A DNA stretch of 64,000 nt from Candidatus Sulfopaludibacter sp. SbA3 (GCA_945903265.1 CAMDNQ010000012.1:22181-86180); one strand, 5' to 3'. Counted from the first letter of the stretch, positions 19,744 to 32,075 are shown. Made by a program: numbers and translations. The notes: generated by a model from the sequence alone, not told the origin.

Positions 19744-21594
19744 TCAGACGGCGGCCAGAATGCCGTCCAGGACCTCAACCGCGCCTTCGGTCGAACCCGA
19801 CGGGGCCGCGACGTGCACGCCCTGCACGCTCCCCTTGAGCGCGCAGCCGACCTCGCGCGCGATCGCGACGCCCTCGGCCGCCTCGGCGGCCGGACTCCCC
19901 GCTCCACGCATCCGATCCAGCACCACCTGCGGCACGCGGACGCCCGGCACCTCGTTCGCCATGAATTCGGCATTCAACGCGCTCTCGAACGGCCACAGCC
20001 CGAGAATGATCGGGATCCGCATGGACTCGATGCCGCGGGCGAAGCGCTCGAACGTCGCGGTGTCGAACACCGGCTTGGTCACGGCGAACTCGGCCCCCGC
20101 CTCCACCTTGTAGGCAAACCGGCGAATCTCGCTCTCGAGATCCTCGGCGCCAGGGTTCACCTGGACACCCACGTGGAACGACGTCGCGGTCCCAATCGAT
20201 TGCCCGCCGATATCGAGCCCGTGGTTCAACCGCGTGACCACGTTGGTGAGGCCGATCGAGTCGACGTCGAAGACCGCGGTCGCGTCCGGATAGTCGCCAA
20301 CCGCCCGCACATCCCCGGTGACGATCAGCAGGTTGCGTACGCCCATGGCATGCGCGCCAAGCAGATCGGACTGCATCCCCAGCAGGTTGCGATCACGGCA
20401 GGAATACTGCAGCAGCGCCTCGATGCACGCCTTCTGCTGCACGAGCACTGCGAGCGAGAGCGCGCTCATGCGGCTTCCACGCTGGCCGTCCGGAACGAGG
20501 ACGGCATCCACGCCGCGCGCTTTCAGCGCGCACGCCTGTTCGATGAGCCGATCGCTGGCATAGCCGCGCGGCGGGGAGATCTGCACGATCGTCGCAAATC
20601 GGCCCTCGGAGAGAGCGCGCGCGAACTGCGATCGCTCCGCCTTGGGAACGACGGCCACGCCCGGATCGGGAACCAGGTGGGCCTTCACGGCCGCGGGGGC
20701 AGCGCCGCGCGTGCGCGCCACGCCGGATGCCGCGGCTTTGACCGCGTTCTTGATCTGGCGGATGTGCTCCGGGGTTGTGCCGCAGCATCCACCGACGAGA
20801 CGCACGCCGTGCGTCACGAACCGGCGCGCGTACGACGCCAGGTACTCCGGCGACGCCAGGTAGATGTTGCGCCCCTCGATATCGCGGGGCCGGCCGGCGT
20901 TCGGCTGCGCCGACAGGCGCGCGCGCGTCACTCCCTCGATCCGCTCGATGGTTTCGAGCATCGGTGCCGGTCCGATGCTGCAATTGACGCCGATGACGTC
21001 GGCAAACGGCTCGAGCGCGGGCGCGAACTGCTCGGGCGGCGTGCCGTCGAGCGTGTTGCCGTCCTCCTCGATGGTGACCTGCGCGACGATCGGCAGCGCG
21101 CAGACGCTTCTGATGGCGGCAATCGCGGCCCGCACCTCGCCGAGGTCGCGGAAGGTCTCCAGCACGAACAAATCGACACCGCCGGCCACAAGTGCTTCGA
21201 CCTGTTCCCGGAACAGCGCCTCGGCTTCGTCTTTCCCGGTCTTGCCCCACGGCTCGATGCGGATGCCCAGAGGGCCAATCGCGCCCGCCACGTACGCCTG
21301 GTCCCTGACGACCGTCCTGGCAAGGCGCGCCCCCTCGGTATTGATCTCCCGGAGTCGATCGGCCAGCCCGAAGCCGCGCAGCTTGATGCGGTTCGCTCCG
21401 AACGTGTTCGTCTCGATCACATCAGCGCCTGCGCGGAGGTAGTCCTGATGGACCTCGGCCACGCAGCTGGGCTCGGTCAGATTCAGCGCATCGAAGCAGC
21501 GGTTGATGAACACGCCCTTGGCATAGAGCATCGTCCCCATGGCGCCGTCGCACACGAGTACCCGCTGATCAATTGCCTCGAGAAACGGTGTCAT
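19744..21594 (-). CDS. yitJ: Bifunctional homocysteine S-methyltransferase / methylenetetrahydrofolate reductase
   Basis: DGAMGT, TNTFGAN, GVNCS, GGCCGT, then MTHFR domain CRDRNLLGMQSDLLG. Confidence 0.92.
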   Translation of the reverse strand: MTPFLEAIDQRVLVCDGAMGTMLYAKGVFINRCFDALNLTEPSCVAEVHQDYLRAGADVIETNTFGANRIKLRGFGLADRLREINTEGARLARTVVRDQAYVAGAIGPLGIRIEPWGKTGKDEAEALFREQVEALVAGGVDLFVLETFRDLGEVRAAIAAIRSVCALPIVAQVTIEEDGNTLDGTPPEQFAPALEPFADVIGVNCSIGPAPMLETIERIEGVTRARLSAQPNAGRPRDIEGRNIYLASPEYLASYARRFVTHGVRLVGGCCGTTPEHIRQIKNAVKAAASGVARTRGAAPAAVKAHLVPDPGVAVVPKAERSQFARALSEGRFATIVQISPPRGYASDRLIEQACALKARGVDAVLVPDGQRGSRMSALSLAVLVQQKACIEALLQYSCRDRNLLGMQSDLLGAHAMGVRNLLIVTGDVRAVGDYPDATAVFDVDSIGLTNVVTRLNHGLDIGGQSIGTATSFHVGVQVNPGAEDLESEIRRFAYKVEAGAEFAVTKPVFDTATFERFARGIESMRIPIILGLWPFESALNAEFMANEVPGVRVPQVVLDRMRGAGSPAAEAAEGVAIAREVGCALKGSVQGVHVAAPSGSTEGAVEVLDGILAAV

Positions 21595-21613
21595 GGGTCG
21601 TCTGTATTATCGC

Positions 21614-22288
21614 CTACTGATCGACCTTCCGATACGTCAGCGACCCCGCATCGATGAGCAGGTACGACCGGTTTATCCGATCGATGCAGACGGAGCGGAT
21701 GCCCTCGCGCGTGGTGTCCACGAAGCGATGATGATGGCCGCACAGATGCAGCCGCGGCTTGACGGCGGCCAGGAGCTCGTTGATGACCGGCTTTCCCGCA
21801 TCCCGCCGCTTGTCGGTGGGAGAGGCCTCCTCCGGGACGACGATGAAGGGCCGCGGCGCCTCGTGGGTCATCAGAATGTCGACATCGGCCAGCTCGCGGC
21901 ACGCCTCGACTTCCTCGCGAACGAAGTGCCGGCGCTTGTCGTCCTTCGACCTGTGCGGCAGCTGCGCCGCCGGGATGTCGTACCAGGTCGGCGCGTACGT
22001 GCCGCCGATGCCGGCCACGAGCAGCGCGCCAACGCGCGCGGACGTACCGTTGCGGATGTAGTGCAGGTTAGGTGGCAGGGGCACGCCGGCTTCCCACTCG
22101 GCGATGCGATCGAACTGTTCGTTGTTGCCCTTGATCCAGTACAGCGGCGCCGGAGGCTCCGGATACGCGCCCGTGATGCTCGCCACGTCGCCTACGCAGA
22201 TCCAGAGGCGCACGTCGTCGTGCCGCGCCATGGCGCGATAGAGCGCATCGAAGTTGCCGTGGATATCGGCGACGGCGCCGATGAGCAT
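21614..22288 (-). CDS. Calcineurin-like metallophosphoesterase
   Basis: DIHG, VGD, KGNNE, THEAP, GHHH motifs; start re-called to MLIGAV. Confidence 0.85.
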   Translation of the reverse strand: MLIGAVADIHGNFDALYRAMARHDDVRLWICVGDVASITGAYPEPPAPLYWIKGNNEQFDRIAEWEAGVPLPPNLHYIRNGTSARVGALLVAGIGGTYAPTWYDIPAAQLPHRSKDDKRRHFVREEVEACRELADVDILMTHEAPRPFIVVPEEASPTDKRRDAGKPVINELLAAVKPRLHLCGHHHRFVDTTREGIRSVCIDRINRSYLLIDAGSLTYRKVDQ

Positions 22289-22297
22289 TGTGACGGC

Positions 22298-22327
22298 GTA
22301 GGGCGCAGGCTTAAGCCTGCGCTCTAC
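22298..22327. repeat. GTAG-type REP-like palindrome
   Basis: GTAGGGCGCAGGCTTAAGCCTGCGCTCTAC, a near-perfect palindrome overlapping the nuoI stop. Confidence 0.7.
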
Positions 22328-22767
22328 ATCTGCTGTGACGGCTTTGCGTTGGCCGCGCCGGGCACCAGCAGATCCGACTTGTCCCAGATGAAGTCGTCCT
22401 TGCTGTAGACGGCCGTCTCGTAGTCCTTGCCCATGAAGATCGCCGACACGGGGCAGGCTTCTTCGCAGTAGCCGCAAAAGATGCAGCGCGTCTTGTGGAT
22501 CTGATAGAGCGACGCGTAGCGCGGGCCGGCCATCACGGTGCCGTCGTTTTCCGCCGCCTCGAGATAGATCGCGTCGGCCGGACAGGCCACCGCGCAGAGC
22601 CCGCACGCGACGCACTTCTCGAGGCCGTTCTCGTCGCGCATCAGGACCTGTTTGCCGCGGAACTTGGGGAACATCGGGATCTTCTCGTCCGGATAGTTCA
22701 CCGCCACCTTTTTCTTGAACATATGGCGGAAGGTGGTGGCGAGACCGACGAGGATCGGCTTAATCAT
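22324..22767 (-). CDS. nuoI: NADH-quinone oxidoreductase subunit I (2x[4Fe-4S])
   Basis: YPDEK..PKFRG, CVACGLCAVACP, CIFCGYCEEACP. Confidence 0.92.
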   Translation of the reverse strand: MIKPILVGLATTFRHMFKKKVAVNYPDEKIPMFPKFRGKQVLMRDENGLEKCVACGLCAVACPADAIYLEAAENDGTVMAGPRYASLYQIHKTRCIFCGYCEEACPVSAIFMGKDYETAVYSKDDFIWDKSDLLVPGAANAKPSQQM

Positions 22768-22796
22768 GCGAAGTTCATCATAATACAATGGCGACC

Positions 22797-24119
22797 GTGC
22801 TCGAGACGCCTGCATTCCTCTCGCACGATCAGTCGCTGCTGACGACGCTCATCGTCAAGCTCGCGGTGATGGCCGTGCTTGCGACGATGCTTGCGCGGTT
22901 CCGGCAGTTCCGGCACATCCTGATCTTCGAGCGGCGGAACTGGCAGGACCGGCTGGTCTTCACGCTCGCCTTCGGGCTCCCTTTGATGGCAGGCGTCACC
23001 GCGCGTCTGCTGCTCAACTACAACGCCGCCGATCTGACGCTCGAGGGCGCCTTCCTCGCCGGGCTCATCGCGGGCCCGTACTCGGGCGCCATGGTCGGCG
23101 CCCTCGTCGCGTCGCCCGCCGTCATGGGCGGCGAGTTCATCGCGCTGCCGTTCGCCGTCGGCTGCGGGTTTGCGGGCGGCGGCCTGCGCGAGGCGTGTCC
23201 GAAGGAAGCCATCTGGCAGTTCACGCCGTTCGTCTTCGTCGATCTCGGCAAGCACCTGTGGCACGCCGTACGCCGGCTCGAGCCGAACTGGCAGTTCGTC
23301 CTTCTCGCGGCGCCGGTCGGCCTGGAACTCCTGCGGCAGGGGCTCGGCTACCGGTTCGGCGCGCAACGGCTCTTCTATCTGAACTCCCCGTCCGTCTGGA
23401 TGACCGTGCTGGTCGTCCTTGCCGCGGTGCTGGCCGTCGCCACGCCAATCAAGATCTGGAACAGCGCCCGCATCGAGCACCGCCTGCAGGAGCAGGAGAA
23501 GCTGCTGCTCGCGGCGAAGATCGAGGCGCTCAAGAGCCAGATCAATCCTCACTTCCTCTTCAACACACTGGCGTCGATTTCGTCCCTGATCCGTTCGCAG
23601 CCCGAGACCGCGCGCACGCTGATCATCAAACTGTCCGGACTCCTCCGCCGGCTCATTCGAAGCCACCAGCACTTCGTCACGCTGCGCGAAGAACTGGAAG
23701 CGATCGACGAGTATCTCGACATCGAAGTGGTGCGATTCGGTTCCAAGCTTCGGGTGCAGAAGGAGATCAGCGCCGATACGATGGAGCTCATCGTGCCCAG
23801 CATGCTGCTGCAGCCACTCGTGGAGAACTCCATCAAGCACGGCCTCGCTCGGAAAATCGGGCCTGGGTCGATTGTCATCCGCAGCTGGCGCGACAACGGC
23901 CGGGGCGTCATCGAGATCGAGGATGACGGCACCGGCTTCCTGCTCGACCGGTTGAACCAGACCATGTCGAGCGGCATTGGCCTCGCGAACGTGCGCGAGC
24001 GCCTGCGTGTGATCTACGGCGCCACGTCGCAGCTCACGCTGACGAGCGAGCCGGGCGTCGGCACGCGCGTCCGCATTGAGCTGCCCGAGATCGTCGCCGT
24101 CGAACAGATCACCGCATGA
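22797..24119 (+). CDS. LytS/YehU-type membrane sensor histidine kinase
   Basis: N-terminal TM bundle, QINPHFLFNTL, QPLVENSIKHG, GIGLANV; start 22797 (TACAAT 7 nt upstream) or 22788. Confidence 0.92.
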   Translation: MLETPAFLSHDQSLLTTLIVKLAVMAVLATMLARFRQFRHILIFERRNWQDRLVFTLAFGLPLMAGVTARLLLNYNAADLTLEGAFLAGLIAGPYSGAMVGALVASPAVMGGEFIALPFAVGCGFAGGGLREACPKEAIWQFTPFVFVDLGKHLWHAVRRLEPNWQFVLLAAPVGLELLRQGLGYRFGAQRLFYLNSPSVWMTVLVVLAAVLAVATPIKIWNSARIEHRLQEQEKLLLAAKIEALKSQINPHFLFNTLASISSLIRSQPETARTLIIKLSGLLRRLIRSHQHFVTLREELEAIDEYLDIEVVRFGSKLRVQKEISADTMELIVPSMLLQPLVENSIKHGLARKIGPGSIVIRSWRDNGRGVIEIEDDGTGFLLDRLNQTMSSGIGLANVRERLRVIYGATSQLTLTSEPGVGTRVRIELPEIVAVEQITA

Positions 24120-24910
24120 ATCAGCCTGCCACGCTCGTACTCCGCGTCATGGTCGTGGACGACGAGCAGCTTGCGCGCGAAGAGCTGTGCTACCAGCTCG
24201 AACGCCTGGGCGAGGTGGAAGTCGTGGCGCAGGCGGGCAACGGGCTGGAGGCACTGTCGGCCGTCGAGCGCTCGCAGCCCGATGTGGTCTTCCTGGATAT
24301 TCAGATGCCCGGATTAAACGGGTTCGAAGTGGCCCGGCGTCTGCTCGAGAACCCGGACCATACGCCGGCGCTCGTCTTCGTGACCGCGTTCGACCAGCAC
24401 GCGGTCGAAGCGTTTGAGGTGAACGCCGTCGACTACCTGCTGAAGCCGGTGGACGCGGGACGGCTCGAGCAGGCGCTGGTGCGCGCGCGCCGGCGGCTGA
24501 GCCTCGATCGCCCGGGGCCCCTGAACGACCAGCTGGAGCAGCTGGTCAAGATGATGTCGAATCGCCAGATTCGGCGCGATCAGGTGGCTGTCAAGGTCGG
24601 CGAGCGGTTTCTCCTCGTCCACGCCGAGGAGATCATCTATGCATCGCTGGCCGATGAGTCGATTAACATAGTGACAGGCCAGGTAACAGGAACGTCCAAC
24701 TACCGGACTCTCGACGAGTTACAGGCGCGGCTCGACCCGGAGGTGTTCTGGCGGGTCCACCGCTCGCACCTGGTCAATATCAACAAGATCAAGGAGATTG
24801 TCCCTTGGTTCAGCAGGAACTACATCCTTCGGATGAAGGACGCGAAGGGGACGGAGATCCCGGTCAGCCGAGCCCAGACCAAACGGCTCCGGGAATATCT
24901 GAAGCTCTGA
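24116..24910 (+). CDS. LytTR family response regulator
   Basis: VVDDE, FLDIQMP, DYLLKP, FWRVHRSHLVN, IPVSR. Confidence 0.95.
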   Translation: MNQPATLVLRVMVVDDEQLAREELCYQLERLGEVEVVAQAGNGLEALSAVERSQPDVVFLDIQMPGLNGFEVARRLLENPDHTPALVFVTAFDQHAVEAFEVNAVDYLLKPVDAGRLEQALVRARRRLSLDRPGPLNDQLEQLVKMMSNRQIRRDQVAVKVGERFLLVHAEEIIYASLADESINIVTGQVTGTSNYRTLDELQARLDPEVFWRVHRSHLVNINKIKEIVPWFSRNYILRMKDAKGTEIPVSRAQTKRLREYLKL

Positions 24911-24951
24911 CGCCGCCCGACCCGTCCGTCGTCGCGAGCGACGCAGCGCCT

Positions 24952-25536
24952 ATGGAAGCTGCGGCACCGGACATGCGCCTGGCGATCGACGATCGGTCCG
25001 TCGCGTTGATGCATCGTCTCAACGTCTGGAAGGACGAAGCGGTGGCGTGGGTCAAGACGCTGGCGTCGGCGGCGGTCTACGCGACACTCATCGTCACGTT
25101 CGGATTCCAGGTGGCGCGCGTCGAAGGCCAGAGCATGGCGCCGACGCTGGCCGACCAGGATCGGCTCATCGTCAACAAGCTGGCGTACCGGTGGGGCGAA
25201 CCCCGGCGCGGCGACATCGTCATGTTGTATTACCCGCTCGACCCGAACAAGTCATTCGTGAAGCGGGTGATCGCGGAAGAAGGCGACCAGGTGCGCGTCG
25301 TCGACGGCGACGTGTTCGTGAACGACGTCGTCATGCCGGATGATTTCGTGCCGCCCGAATACCGCAGCCATGACGACTTCGGGCCCTCGGTCGTGCCGGA
25401 GGGCTATTACTTCGTGATGGGCGACCATCGCAACAACAGCTCCGACAGCCGGCACTGGGGCTTCGTGCCGAAGAAATACATCATCGGCAGAGTGCAGCTG
25501 CGCTGGTGGCCGATACCGACCGCGCACGTCTTCTGA
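24952..25536 (+). CDS. lepB: Signal peptidase I
   Basis: GQSMAPTL (Ser), FVKRVI (Lys), MGDHRNNSSDSRHWG; start approximate. Confidence 0.92.
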   Translation: MEAAAPDMRLAIDDRSVALMHRLNVWKDEAVAWVKTLASAAVYATLIVTFGFQVARVEGQSMAPTLADQDRLIVNKLAYRWGEPRRGDIVMLYYPLDPNKSFVKRVIAEEGDQVRVVDGDVFVNDVVMPDDFVPPEYRSHDDFGPSVVPEGYYFVMGDHRNNSSDSRHWGFVPKKYIIGRVQLRWWPIPTAHVF

Positions 25537-26402
25537 GCGGCGACCGGTACGCGCAGGTCGTACGCGTCCTCTATCGCGTTTTCTTCCTGAACCTCGGCGT
25601 CGCCGTCGTCAAGATCACCCTCGGGTACATGACCGGGGCGGTCTCCATCCTGTCGGACGGCTTCCACTCGCTCACTGATTCCGCCTCGAACGTCGTCGCG
25701 CTGGTCGGCGTCTCGATCGCGCGGCGACCGCCGGACGACAACCATCCCTACGGTCATCGGAAGTACGAAACGATGGCCTCACTCGGCATCCTCGTGTTCC
25801 TAGTGATCGTCCTGGTCCAGGTGCTGGCCGCGGCGTACGACCGCGTCATCAACGGCGGCACGCCGCGCGTCTTTCCCGAGGGGATCGCGCTGATGACGAT
25901 CACACTCATCGTGAACGTGTTCGTCGTGCTGTACGAGCTGCGGGAAGCCAAGAGGCTCAACAGCGAGGTCCTGCGAGCCGACGCGAAGCATACGAGGAGC
26001 GACGTGATGACCTCGGTGGCGGTGCTCGGGGCGCTGATTGGCGTCTGGTGGGGATATCCGCTGCTGGACCCGCTGGCCGCGATTGTCGTCGCGGTGTTCA
26101 TCGGGCATGCGGGGTGGGAAATCGTGCAGGAGGCGTCGCGCATCCTGAGCGACGAGATCGTCATTGCCGAGGATGAAGTTCGTGCTGTCGTCGGGACCAT
26201 TCCCGAAGTGCTCGGCTGCCACAAGATTCGCACACGCGGCGCCTCTGACCATGCATTCATGGATCTTCATCTGTGGCTCGACGGGCAGACGCCACTCGAC
26301 TCAGCGCACGCCACTTCCCACATCGTCAAGGATCGCCTCATGAAGCGCTTCCCCCAGCTCGTGGATGTGGTCATCCATATCGAGCCACCGCCTCCGTCGT
26401 AG
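25506..26402 (+). CDS. Cation diffusion facilitator (FieF-like) transporter
   Basis: SDGFHSLTD, HPYGHRKYE, HTRSD, IHIEP. Confidence 0.92.
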   Translation: MADTDRARLLSGDRYAQVVRVLYRVFFLNLGVAVVKITLGYMTGAVSILSDGFHSLTDSASNVVALVGVSIARRPPDDNHPYGHRKYETMASLGILVFLVIVLVQVLAAAYDRVINGGTPRVFPEGIALMTITLIVNVFVVLYELREAKRLNSEVLRADAKHTRSDVMTSVAVLGALIGVWWGYPLLDPLAAIVVAVFIGHAGWEIVQEASRILSDEIVIAEDEVRAVVGTIPEVLGCHKIRTRGASDHAFMDLHLWLDGQTPLDSAHATSHIVKDRLMKRFPQLVDVVIHIEPPPPS

Positions 26403-26428
26403 GCACTCGCCTTGCTGTATCGCCAGAT

Positions 26429-26845
26429 ATGGCGAATCACGAACTCGGCCAGACGGAATCGATCGGCGGACTGATGCGCGGGATCCTGGCGGATCTGCGC
26501 ACGCTGATTCACGAAGAAATCGCGCTGGCGCGGATCGAGCTCAAGGAGCAGGCGGGACGCGCGCGCGGCGTCGCGATCAGCTTTGGGGTCATGGCTGTGG
26601 CGCTGCTGCTCGGAGTCGTGTTCCTCCTGGCGGCGGCCGCCACGGGGGTCGCGGATCTGATGAACTGGCCGGCCTGGGCGGTATTCCTCGGTCTGGCGGT
26701 ACTGCTCAGCGTCGTCAGCTTCGTCATGCTGTCGTCGGGGCGAAAGCAGGTCCACGAGATGACGACGGTGCCCGGCGAAACAGTGACCACGATGAAGGAG
26801 AACGCAGCATGGATCGCGAAGCGGCTTTCATCCGATCGGAAATAA
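26429..26845 (+). CDS. YqjE/DUF1469 (holin-X-like) membrane protein
   Basis: SIGGLMRGILADLRTLIHEEIALARIEL, two TMs, [13 protein letters not shown]. Confidence 0.82.
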   Translation: MANHELGQTESIGGLMRGILADLRTLIHEEIALARIELKEQAGRARGVAISFGVMAVALLLGVVFLLAAAATGVADLMNWPAWAVFLGLAVLLSVVSFVMLSSGRKQVHEMTTVPGETVTTMKENAAWIAKRLSSDRK

Positions 26846-27036
26846 GCCAGACGCGGGCGGACCTCGACCGCAAGATTTCCCGGCTCGAGGCGCGGGCGCG
26901 CGAGCTCACGCCGAGGCGCTATGCCACCCGGCTTGCGCACGAGCGCCGTGTCCAGCAGATTGCCGGTGCGATCCTTCTGTGTGCTGCGGTGCTGTTTGCG
27001 TGGAAGCGGCGCCCGCGACGGGCGCACGCGTACTAG
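26809..27036 (+). CDS. DUF3618-like small protein
   Basis: [22 protein letters not shown]-terminal TM; usual partner of DUF1469 genes. Confidence 0.72.
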   Translation: MDREAAFIRSEISQTRADLDRKISRLEARARELTPRRYATRLAHERRVQQIAGAILLCAAVLFAWKRRPRRAHAY

Positions 27037-27512
27037 GTCTTCTTCCGGCGGTACGAACCGGAACGGCCCCCGCTCTTTTCGACAAGGCAGATGTTCCCGA
27101 TCACCATTTCCTTGTCGACCGCCTTCACCATATCGTAGATCGTCAGCGCCGCCACCGACACAGCCACCAGCGCTTCCATCTCGACGCCCGTTTGCGCGCT
27201 CGTGCGCACGCGCGCTTCGATCCGATAGCCGCGCGCCGTGGGCGTGAGATCGACGCCGACATGGGTCAGCGGCAGCGGGTGGCATAACGGCACGAGCGAC
27301 GATGTCTGCTTCGCGGCCATGATTCCGGCCAGACGCGCCGCCTGAAGCGGATCCCCCTTCGCCACGGCCCCGTCGCGAATGAGCTTCAACGCCCCACGGC
27401 TCATCGTGATCTCGCCGCGGGCCAGCGCCTCGCGGCTGGTGACGGGCTTGTCGCCGACGTCCACCATCTTCACGCGGCCTCGCGTGTCGACATGCGACAG
27501 CTTCTTAGCCAC
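27033..27512 (-). CDS. moaC: Cyclic pyranopterin monophosphate synthase
   Basis: [39 protein letters not shown]. Confidence 0.95.
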   Translation of the reverse strand: MAKKLSHVDTRGRVKMVDVGDKPVTSREALARGEITMSRGALKLIRDGAVAKGDPLQAARLAGIMAAKQTSSLVPLCHPLPLTHVGVDLTPTARGYRIEARVRTSAQTGVEMEALVAVSVAALTIYDMVKAVDKEMVIGNICLVEKSGGRSGSYRRKKT

Positions 27513-28170
27513 CGGCTTCGCCCTGGGCAAGATAGAACGACAGGCTCTCGAGCGACACCGTGAGGTCGACCATCTTCAGCTTGACGTGGTCCGGCACCTT
27601 GAGCGCGCCCGGGGAGAAATTCAGGATCGCCTTGATCCCGGCGGCCACAACGAGATCGACCACGGGCTGGGCATGGGTCGCGGGGACGGCCACGACGGCA
27701 ATGTCGAAGCGCTCGCGCTTGACCAGCCGCTTCAATTCCTTGACGTCGTGAATCGGCACGCCGCCGCGCGACTCATGGCCGATTTTCTCGTTGGCAGTGT
27801 CAAACAGCGCCGCAATCTCAAAGCCTTCCTGACGGAAACCTGGATAGTCCGCCAGTGCGAGGCCGAGGTTCCCCGCGCCCATGATCACGACGCGCAAACG
27901 CCGATCGAGGCCGAGAATCTGGCGCAGGTGCCGGCGCAGCTCCTTGACGTAGTATCCGACGCCCCGGACGCCGAATTCGCCGAAGTACGCGAGGTCCTTG
28001 CGGATCTGGGCGGCGTTGAGATGGAACTGCTCGGCAAGCGCCTGCGACGAGATCGTCTGCACGCCGGAGACATCGAGCTCGTTGAGACAGCGAAGGTAAA
28101 CCGACAGTCGATTGGTCGTCAGCTCAGACACCTGGTCGGGCGTTTGGCGACGCTTGTTCGGCCGATTCAC
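27505..28170 (-). CDS. rex: Redox-sensing transcriptional repressor Rex
   Basis: [41 protein letters not shown]. Confidence 0.95.
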   Translation of the reverse strand: MNRPNKRRQTPDQVSELTTNRLSVYLRCLNELDVSGVQTISSQALAEQFHLNAAQIRKDLAYFGEFGVRGVGYYVKELRRHLRQILGLDRRLRVVIMGAGNLGLALADYPGFRQEGFEIAALFDTANEKIGHESRGGVPIHDVKELKRLVKRERFDIAVVAVPATHAQPVVDLVVAAGIKAILNFSPGALKVPDHVKLKMVDLTVSLESLSFYLAQGEAGG

Positions 28171-28196
28171 AAGCTCCAATGCTACCATCTCGCGCC

Positions 28197-30137
<1,941 letters not shown>

Positions 30138-30141
30138 TGAT

Positions 30142-31254
30142 GTGAGGCTCCGTGGCACGCTCGCGGCACTCGCGCTCCTCATCATCGCGGTAGACGCGAT
30201 CCCGCAGACGGCCGTCCGCCGTCTCGCCACTGTCGCCGCCCTTCGGCAGTATCCCGGCTACTACCACATGCAGAACGTGCTGCTCCACGGCGAGCTCGTG
30301 GAAAGCGGCCCACGCTTCGTGCTTCGCGGAGGCGAGGCTGAAATCGCGGTCGTCCTGAACAATCAGAGCACGCCTTCGGGCATCGTCGAAGTGCGCGGCC
30401 AGTTGATCGACATCGGACGATTCGAGCCAGGCGACGCGCGCGTGCAGGCGTACACCGGTCCGTTGTCGCTCGCGCCCGAGAACTGGCCTCGTCCGGGCGA
30501 GGAGCTCGTCATCAACGTGACGAGCGTCGGCGAGGCGCAGCTCGCGACGACCCCGTCGGTGCGCGGGCTCGCGCTCCAGCCGTGGCGCTTCGACGGACAG
30601 CAGGTGACCATCGTCGGCGAGTTCCGCGGCCGGAATCTTTTTGGAGATCTCCCGAGCGCGCCTGGGAAAAGCCGCTGGGATTTCGTGCTGCGTATGGTGG
30701 ACTCTGCGGTCTGGGTCACGGATCTCCGGCCGCGCGGCCGCGGTTTCGACCTGTCGGTCGATGCCCGCGTCGATACAGGCCGGTGGCTGCAGATCACCGG
30801 CACGGTGGGTCAGGATCGCGGCCTGGTGACGCTGACAGGTACGACAATCGCCACCGCGACGCCGCCGCAAATGACCGCCGCGCCCGATGAGGATGTGGCC
30901 GCGCCCTCGGTACCGATCGAGCCAGGCGAAGTGGTCTTCAGCTCCCCGACCGAAGGCGATGTCGACATCCCGCTAGCCAGCAGCATCCGCGTGCAGTTCT
31001 CGCGCGGCCTCGACCCTGCATCGATTGCCGACCGGATTCGCGTCTCCTACGTGGGGGGCGCAGTGGCCGGCGAACCGCCCGCCCCGCTGGGCTTTACGTT
31101 CAATTACGACGCGGGACCGCGGTCGATCGAGATCAACCTCACGAGTCCTCCTGAGCGATTCCGGACTATCCGCGTGGAGCTGTTGGAAGGGATTCGCACG
31201 TTCGACGGCGCGCCAGTCACGCCGTGGGCGTTAACCTTTTCGGTCGGCGGTTAG
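30142..31254 (+). CDS. Exported protein with OB-like repeats and C-terminal Ig-like (Big_5-like) domain
   Basis: Signal peptide; C-terminal VVFSSPTEGDVDIP..IRVQFSRGLDPAS..WALTFSVG. Confidence 0.7.
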   Translation: MRLRGTLAALALLIIAVDAIPQTAVRRLATVAALRQYPGYYHMQNVLLHGELVESGPRFVLRGGEAEIAVVLNNQSTPSGIVEVRGQLIDIGRFEPGDARVQAYTGPLSLAPENWPRPGEELVINVTSVGEAQLATTPSVRGLALQPWRFDGQQVTIVGEFRGRNLFGDLPSAPGKSRWDFVLRMVDSAVWVTDLRPRGRGFDLSVDARVDTGRWLQITGTVGQDRGLVTLTGTTIATATPPQMTAAPDEDVAAPSVPIEPGEVVFSSPTEGDVDIPLASSIRVQFSRGLDPASIADRIRVSYVGGAVAGEPPAPLGFTFNYDAGPRSIEINLTSPPERFRTIRVELLEGIRTFDGAPVTPWALTFSVGG

Positions 31255-31986
31255 CTCCCGCTTCGTGTCCCACACCGAGCCTTCATCCAGCAACGCCTGA
31301 ACCGCACCGCGCACCCGTGCGATCAGGTCGTCCCTGTCGGCAAGCGTGAGGCCCGCTGTCGGGATAGCCTCCCCGATTCGCACGCTGACTTTGACGGGGC
31401 GTACGAAGGCACTCCCCTTCCGCATGGCCGCCCGGCCGCCCTGGACGGCGACGGGGACGATCGGCGTCTGCGCTTCGATGGCCATGATGAAGCCACCCTT
31501 CTTGAATGGCAGGAGAGCGCCGGTCCGGCTGCGGGTCCCTTCCGGGAATATCAGAAACGAGCGGCCCGAACGCAGGGCGGCGGCACCGCGCGCAATCGAT
31601 GCCAGCGCCTTGTCCCGGTCGCCGCGGTCGATAGGCACGAATCCGCCAACGTCGAAGATCGTCCCCATGATCGGGAACTTGTGCAGCTCGGCCTTGTAGA
31701 GGACGTGCAGCTGGGGGTGCAACACCTTAAAGAGGAGCGGGGGGTCGACGTTGCTCTCGTGGTTCGAGCAGAACACGACGGCTGACGAGGGCACCCGCTC
31801 GCGGCCGGCTACGCGATAGCGGATCCCGGCAAGCGTGAGCGCCAGCCAGACGCCGCCGTGTCCCAGTGCGTACAAGCCGCGCTTCCACCGCAGCACGACC
31901 CCGACCACCAACCCGAGAGGGCCCGCAACGGCGATATACGCCAGGATGACGACGTAGGTGACGAGGGACCGGACGACGGCGAACAT
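31231..31986 (-). CDS. plsC: 1-acyl-sn-glycerol-3-phosphate acyltransferase
   Basis: NHESNVD, FPEGTRS, PFKKG; TAAGTT 7 nt upstream of ATG. Confidence 0.9.
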   Translation of the reverse strand: MFAVVRSLVTYVVILAYIAVAGPLGLVVGVVLRWKRGLYALGHGGVWLALTLAGIRYRVAGRERVPSSAVVFCSNHESNVDPPLLFKVLHPQLHVLYKAELHKFPIMGTIFDVGGFVPIDRGDRDKALASIARGAAALRSGRSFLIFPEGTRSRTGALLPFKKGGFIMAIEAQTPIVPVAVQGGRAAMRKGSAFVRPVKVSVRIGEAIPTAGLTLADRDDLIARVRGAVQALLDEGSVWDTKRELTADRKG

Positions 31987-32044
31987 GTCGGACAACTTAT
32001 TCAGGCCACAACGATTCGACAAGCCGATTCGAACACACTGTACG

Positions 32045-32075
32045 AAAAAACGCCCGGGAGACATGCTCCCGGGCG
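32045..32075 (-). terminator. Intrinsic terminator downstream of carD
   Basis: 10-bp stem CGCCCGGGAG/CTCCCGGGCG followed by T6 on the minus strand. Confidence 0.85.

Noticed and set aside
26429-26845. Holin-family gene as a prophage remnant
   Set aside because: YqjE/DUF1469 + DUF3618 pairs are ordinary chromosomal genes; no phage genes are nearby.
28154-28172. Possible Rex operator over the rex start (TTGTTCGGCCGATTCACAA)
   Set aside because: Only the TTCACAA half-site matches; the other half is poor and the spacing is one base too long.
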